Shown here: positions 59,302 through 64,000 of the stretch, one piece after another
Numbering within the stretch: the stretch's first letter is position 1
Layout of the letters: every line of letters starts with the position of its first letter
Source: Halorussus marinus
GTDB lineage: Archaea > Halobacteriota > Halobacteria > Halobacteriales > Haladaptataceae
Assembly: GCF_004765795.1 (NCBI RefSeq)
Contig: NZ_SBIV01000002.1
Coordinates: 372,001-436,000, forward strand
Length of the DNA stretch: 64,000 bases
Direction of reading: 5' to 3'
Notes under the pieces: model-generated
Database searches by the model: none
What the model saw: only the letters and a program-made list of their open reading frames with translations
Told to the model about the DNA's origin: nothing
Program-made: the position numbers and the translations under genes

Positions 59302-61299
59302 GTGAACACGCGTACGAGTGCGCTCGACACGCTCGTTTTCGGCGTCGACGTTCAGAGCGGGGACGTGAGGGGTGACGCCCCGTCGTACGCCGTCGTCGCG
59401 TTCGACGGCGAGAACGTCGACCGCGACGTGGTCAGCCACCGGAAGCTCCGGCGGCTCATCGAGCGCGAGGAGCCCGCGCTCGTGGCGACCGACAACATGT
59501 ACGAGCTCGCGCCCGACAAGGACGCGCTCGTCCACTTCCTGAGCGAGCTCCCCGACGGGACGCGGCTCGTACAGGTCACCGGCGCCGAGCGACCCGAACC
59601 CCTCTCGCGGGTCGCCTCCCGCCACGGGGTCCCCTACGACAAGAAACCGATGGCCGAGGCCGAGGCGGCCGCCCGACTCGCGGCGGGCAACGTCGGCCAC
59701 GAGGTGTCGGCGTTCGCCGACACGACCGAGATCAAGGTCTCGCGCGGGCGTTCGACCGGAAAGGGCGGGTGGTCCGAGGACCGCTACACCCGCCGGATCC
59801 ACGGCGCGGTCCGGAAACGAGCGAGGGAGATCGAGAGCGAACTCGACGGCGCGGGCCTCGACTACGAGCGGGACGCGACCGAGAAGTACGGCGGGCTCTC
59901 GAACGCGGTCTTCACCGTCGAGGCCCGCCCGGAGGACATCCCGGTCTCGAACCGCCGGTCGGGCGACGTCCGGGTCGAAGTCGAGCGCGTCCGGCGCGAC
60001 GGCATCGAGTTCGAACCCCTCGCGAAGCGCCGGGACCACGTCCTCGTCGGGATCGACCCGGGCACGACCACGGCGGTCGCGATCACCGACCTCGACGGGA
60101 ACGTGCTGGACGTGCTCAGCACCCGCACCGCCGACACCGCCGCGGTCATCGAGTGGATCATCGAGCGCGGCCGGCCGATCGTGGTGGCCGCCGACGTCGA
60201 GCCGATGCCCGAGACCGTCGAGAAGATCCGCCGGAGCTTCGACGCCGCCGGGTGGGAGCCGACCTCGGACCTCCCGATCGACGAGAAGCAACACCGGACC
60301 CGCGAGCACGACTACGACAACGACCACGAGCGCGACGCGATGGCGGCGGCGCTGTACGCGTTCGACGACCACGAGGACCAGTTCGACCGCATCGTCGAGA
60401 AGATCCCGCCGAACGTCGACCGCGGGGAGGTGACCGCACGCGTGGTCGCGGGCGAGGACACCGTCGAGACCGCGCTGGCCGACCTGCTCGAGGACGACGA
60501 CTCCGAGGAGGAGACGACCGAGCACACGCCCCGCGAGCTCACCGCCGAGGAAAAGCGCATCAAGCAACTGGAGTCGCAGGTCGAGCGCCTCGAAGCCCAC
60601 GTCGAGGAGCTCGACGACACCGTCGCGGAGAAAGACGACCGGATCGAGGAGTTAGAACAAGAGCTCTCGGAGGCCAGACGCGAGGAGCGCCGGGAGGCCC
60701 GCGAGCGCCGGACCGTCACCAGACTCGAACGCGAGAACGAGCGACTGGAGCGCGAACTCGACGAGCGCGAGACCGAGATCGAGCAACTGGAGGGGAAGCT
60801 CGACCGGCTCAAACAGCTCTGGAAGCTCGACCACTCGAACTTCAGCGACGTCTCCGAGAAGAAAGCCGGGCTCGCGCCGGTCAAGCCCATCGCGAAGTTC
60901 ACGAAAGGCGCGATCGAGTCGGCCCACGAGAGCTTCGGGCTGGCGACCGACGACGTGATCTACCTCCGTGATGCCTCCGGGGCGGGGCGATCGACCGCCG
61001 AGCGGCTCGCGGAGGTCGATCCGGAGGTCGTGTTGATCGGACGGGGCGGGCTCTCGGACGTCGCCGACGAGATCCTGTTCGACCGCGAGATCCCGGTCGG
61101 GCCCGCAGACGACGTGACGATACAGGAGGTCGACGAGCTCGCGGTCGCCCGCGAGAGCGAGATCGAGGCGGTGATCGACGACTGGGAGGACCGCGCCGAA
61201 CAGCGCCGGAAAGAACGAAAGGCCGATCAGCTCGATCAGCTCATCAGCGAGCACCGCGCCGACCGCGAGTACGATTCGTCGGGCGCGCGTGCGGAGTAG
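59302..61299 (+). CDS. DUF460-domain protein (RNase H-like fold with long coiled coil)
   Basis: VFGVDV; VLVGIDPGTTTAVA; DHERDAMAAA; coiled coil; GTG start. Confidence 0.85.
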   Translation: MNTRTSALDTLVFGVDVQSGDVRGDAPSYAVVAFDGENVDRDVVSHRKLRRLIEREEPALVATDNMYELAPDKDALVHFLSELPDGTRLVQVTGAERPEPLSRVASRHGVPYDKKPMAEAEAAARLAAGNVGHEVSAFADTTEIKVSRGRSTGKGGWSEDRYTRRIHGAVRKRAREIESELDGAGLDYERDATEKYGGLSNAVFTVEARPEDIPVSNRRSGDVRVEVERVRRDGIEFEPLAKRRDHVLVGIDPGTTTAVAITDLDGNVLDVLSTRTADTAAVIEWIIERGRPIVVAADVEPMPETVEKIRRSFDAAGWEPTSDLPIDEKQHRTREHDYDNDHERDAMAAALYAFDDHEDQFDRIVEKIPPNVDRGEVTARVVAGEDTVETALADLLEDDDSEEETTEHTPRELTAEEKRIKQLESQVERLEAHVEELDDTVAEKDDRIEELEQELSEARREERREARERRTVTRLERENERLERELDERETEIEQLEGKLDRLKQLWKLDHSNFSDVSEKKAGLAPVKPIAKFTKGAIESAHESFGLATDDVIYLRDASGAGRSTAERLAEVDPEVVLIGRGGLSDVADEILFDREIPVGPADDVTIQEVDELAVARESEIEAVIDDWEDRAEQRRKERKADQLDQLISEHRADREYDSSGARAE

Positions 61300-61381
61300 C
61301 CCGGCGGACGAGACCGCCGGCCACGAGAGCCCGCGGCACGGTCCCGGAACGCTAAAGCCGCGGGCGGGACACTCCTCGCGT

Positions 61382-62362
61382 ATGGATACCTACGAACTCA
61401 TCGCGCGCAACACCGACGAGGTCGTCACCGACGAGGAGGTGCGCGAGCTCGCCGAGGCCCCCGAGGGCAAGCGGGTGTACGTCGGCTACGAGCCGTCGGG
61501 CGTGCTCCACATCGGCCACATGCTCACCGCGAACAAGCTCATCGACCTCCAGGAGGCCGGCATGGAGGTCGTGGTCCTGCTGGCCGACGTCCACGCCTAC
61601 CTCAACGGGAAGGGGAGTTTCGAGGAGATAGAGGAGACCGCAGAGAAGATGCGCCAGCAGTTCCTCGCGTACGGCCTCGACGCCGAGCGGACCGAGTTCG
61701 TCTACGGCTCGGAGTACCAACTCGACGAGGAGTACGCCCTCGACCTCCACAAGCTCGAACTCGACACCACGCTCAACCGCGCCCAGCGCGCGATGGCCGA
61801 GATTCAGGGCGACGAGACCGCGAAGGTCAGCCACGTCGTCTACCCCCTGATGCAGGCGCTCGACATCGAGTACCTCGATCTCGACCTCGCGGTCGGCGGT
61901 CTCGACCAGCGGAAGGTCCACATGCTGATGCGCGAGGAGTTGCCCGAGATCGGCTACGACGCCCGGCCGTGTCTCCACACGCCGATCCTCGCGGACCTCG
62001 GGACCGGCGAGGGGAAGATGTCGAGCAGTTCGGGGGTCACCATCTCGATGGAAGACAGCCCCGAGGACATAGCGGAGAAGGTCAACTCGGCGTTCTGTCC
62101 GCCGACCCGCGACCCGGAGGGCGACCTCGAAAACCCCGTGCTGGAGATCTTCCGGTACCACGTCTTCCCGCGGTTCGAGACGGTCGTCGTCGAGCGCCCC
62201 GACGAGTACGGCGGGGACTTAGAGTACGACGACTACGAGTCGCTCGCGGCGGACCTCGAGGGCGGCGAGCTCCACCCCGCGGACGCGAAAGGCGCGCTGG
62301 CCGAGTACCTGAACGAACTCGTCGCGCCCGGCCGCGAGAAACTCCGGGAGCTCGAAGAGTAG
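61382..62362 (+). CDS. tyrS: Tyrosyl-tRNA synthetase
   Basis: YVGYEPSG.LHIGH; YPLMQALD; GGLDQRK; KMSSS; LHPADAK. Confidence 0.97.
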   Translation: MDTYELIARNTDEVVTDEEVRELAEAPEGKRVYVGYEPSGVLHIGHMLTANKLIDLQEAGMEVVVLLADVHAYLNGKGSFEEIEETAEKMRQQFLAYGLDAERTEFVYGSEYQLDEEYALDLHKLELDTTLNRAQRAMAEIQGDETAKVSHVVYPLMQALDIEYLDLDLAVGGLDQRKVHMLMREELPEIGYDARPCLHTPILADLGTGEGKMSSSSGVTISMEDSPEDIAEKVNSAFCPPTRDPEGDLENPVLEIFRYHVFPRFETVVVERPDEYGGDLEYDDYESLAADLEGGELHPADAKGALAEYLNELVAPGREKLRELEE

Positions 62363-62511
62363 CCGCCGCGTCCCGGTCCTAACAGCTCGCGTATAGAAGC
62401 TCGCTTCACCAAGCACTCAAGTTTCCGTCAGTCGTTCGGTCCGATAGCCATGCACGCCGAGACGCGCGCGGGAGCTGGCGTTCGACGCCAGTTAGCTCCC
62501 GTCGACGGGGG

Positions 62512-63939
62512 ATGAGTCGCATCGACCGCCGAGAGGTTCTGGCCGCCGCCGGATCGACGCTGGCCGCCGTGCTCGCCGGCTGTCAGGGCGGGGGCGCCGA
62601 CCGGTCGACGACCGCGACGACCGCGGAGACGCCGACCGAGACCGCCGGAGACGCGGACGCGACGACCACCGCGGACGCGGCCGACCCGAAGCGCCGCGCC
62701 CGGGAGTTCGTCGGCCTGATCGACGAGGGGGCCTACGAGCGCGCCCACGACCGATTCAACCAGACTGCCGCCGAGCAGATCAGCCCCGACCAGTTAGCAC
62801 AGCTCTGGACCGGGCTCGAAGACCAACTCGGCGACTTTCTGTCGCTGTCGGAGCTCGAGACCGTCGACCAGGACGGCGTCGACGTGGTGACCGGGATCGC
62901 GACGTTCGAGAACGGTCGCCGCGAGGTCGAAATCTCGTTCGGCCCGGAGGGGATCGCGGGGTTCTGGATCCGGCGAGTCACGGGCGAGTGGTCGGCGCCG
63001 TCGTACGCCGACGAGTCGGCGTTCACCGAGCGTGCGGTCTCGCTGGAAGCGACCGACGACTGCACGCTGGACGGGACCCTGACGGTGCCCGAAGGCGTCG
63101 AGGAGGCGCCGGGGGTCGTGCTCGTCCACGGGCAGGGCCCGAGCGACCGCGACGGCACCGTCGGGCCGAACAAGCCCTACAAGGACCTCGCGTGGGGGCT
63201 GGCCTCCCGAGGGGTGGCTGTCCTCCGATACGACAAGCGCACGCAGGCCTGCGACGTCGATTTCGCGGACGTGACTATCGACGAGGCGGTGACCGACGAC
63301 GCACTGACCGCGATCGAACGGCTCCGCGAGACCGACGCGGTCGCCGCCGACGACGTCGTCGTCGCGGGCCACAGCATCGGCGCGACGCTCGCGCCCCGGA
63401 TCGCGGCCCGGGACGGCGACCTCGCCGGCGTCGTCATGCTCGCGCCGCTGGCCCGGACCGTGACCGAGGCGATCACCGACCAGAGCGAGTACCTCGCCGA
63501 GCGCGACGGCACGGTGACCGACGCCGAGCGCGACCAACTCGACCAAGCCGAACGCATCGTCGAGCAGATTCGGTCGGGGAACATCACGGACGAGGAGGTC
63601 GTCTACCTCGGCGGCGACGAGTACTGGCGGAGCCTTCGGGAGTACGACGCCGTGGCGGCCGCCGCGGAGATAGACGCCCCCCGGCTGGTGTTGCAGGGCG
63701 AGCGCGACTATCAGGTCACCGTCGAGGAGGACCTCGCGGAGTGGCGCGAGGCGCTCGGCGAGGACCCGGGCGTCAGCTTCCGGACGTACCCCCGGCTCAA
63801 CCACCTGTTCATGCCGGGCGAGGGAAAGCCCGGACGGGGAGAGTACTTCCGGGAGAACCACGTCGCCAAAGCGGTCGTGACCGACGTCGCGTCGTTCGCG
63901 GCCGAAGTCACCGCCGAGGGGACGACGACCGTCGAGTAG
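62512..63939 (+). CDS. Tat-exported lipoprotein, DUF3887-like domain + alpha/beta hydrolase
   Basis: DRREVL twin-arginine, LAGC lipobox; HGQGPSDRD; GHSIG nucleophile; QGERDYQV; LNHLF. Confidence 0.88.
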   Translation: MSRIDRREVLAAAGSTLAAVLAGCQGGGADRSTTATTAETPTETAGDADATTTADAADPKRRAREFVGLIDEGAYERAHDRFNQTAAEQISPDQLAQLWTGLEDQLGDFLSLSELETVDQDGVDVVTGIATFENGRREVEISFGPEGIAGFWIRRVTGEWSAPSYADESAFTERAVSLEATDDCTLDGTLTVPEGVEEAPGVVLVHGQGPSDRDGTVGPNKPYKDLAWGLASRGVAVLRYDKRTQACDVDFADVTIDEAVTDDALTAIERLRETDAVAADDVVVAGHSIGATLAPRIAARDGDLAGVVMLAPLARTVTEAITDQSEYLAERDGTVTDAERDQLDQAERIVEQIRSGNITDEEVVYLGGDEYWRSLREYDAVAAAAEIDAPRLVLQGERDYQVTVEEDLAEWREALGEDPGVSFRTYPRLNHLFMPGEGKPGRGEYFRENHVAKAVVTDVASFAAEVTAEGTTTVE

Positions 63940-63943
63940 CCGA

Positions 63944-64000
63944 CTACTCGAAGCCCCCGCCCATCATCCCGCCCATCCCGAAACTCGCCAGCAGTCCCGA
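63944..64000 (-). CDS. 3' end of a gene starting beyond the right edge
   Basis: Reads ...SGLLASFGMGGMMGGGFE* ending in TAG at 63944-63946, convergent with the hydrolase. Confidence 0.55.
   Translation of the reverse strand, partial: SGLLASFGMGGMMGGGFE

Overview
GC-rich (roughly 70%) haloarchaeal (Halobacteria) chromosomal window, almost entirely core/housekeeping genes with acidic proteins. It contains pepF, truA, hisS, the rps19e-PDCD5-PP-loop cluster, thiL, moaE and the conserved aIF2gamma-PIN-rpoE'-spt4-dephospho-CoA kinase-rps24e-rps27ae-kae1/bud32 superoperon. Further genes are mobA, a thiolase, an aldehyde:ferredoxin oxidoreductase, a cation/proton antiporter, an acyl-CoA synthetase, serS, priL, hjc, ahcY, an MTA/SAH deaminase, hisG, tbp, trm11, an RFC small subunit, rnz and tyrS. 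I saw no rRNA, tRNA, CRISPR array, transposase or prophage. The most notable non-routine signal is a ~220-bp modular, highly palindromic intergenic element present twice (16598-16814 and 41850-42083). The two copies share an 81-bp identical core, and each abuts the BRE/TATA of a minus-strand promoter in the same orientation. Other signals are an output-less pseudo-receiver/GAF plus inactive RecA/KaiC-like gene pair, a catalytically dead M48 protease, a UUG start for aIF2gamma, stacked palindromic TATA-like boxes upstream of tbp, a triple XRE operator with a possible remote site, and tiny leaderless uORFs coupled to hjc and to a Tat lipoprotein. All product calls come from motif recognition by eye; no database searches were run.
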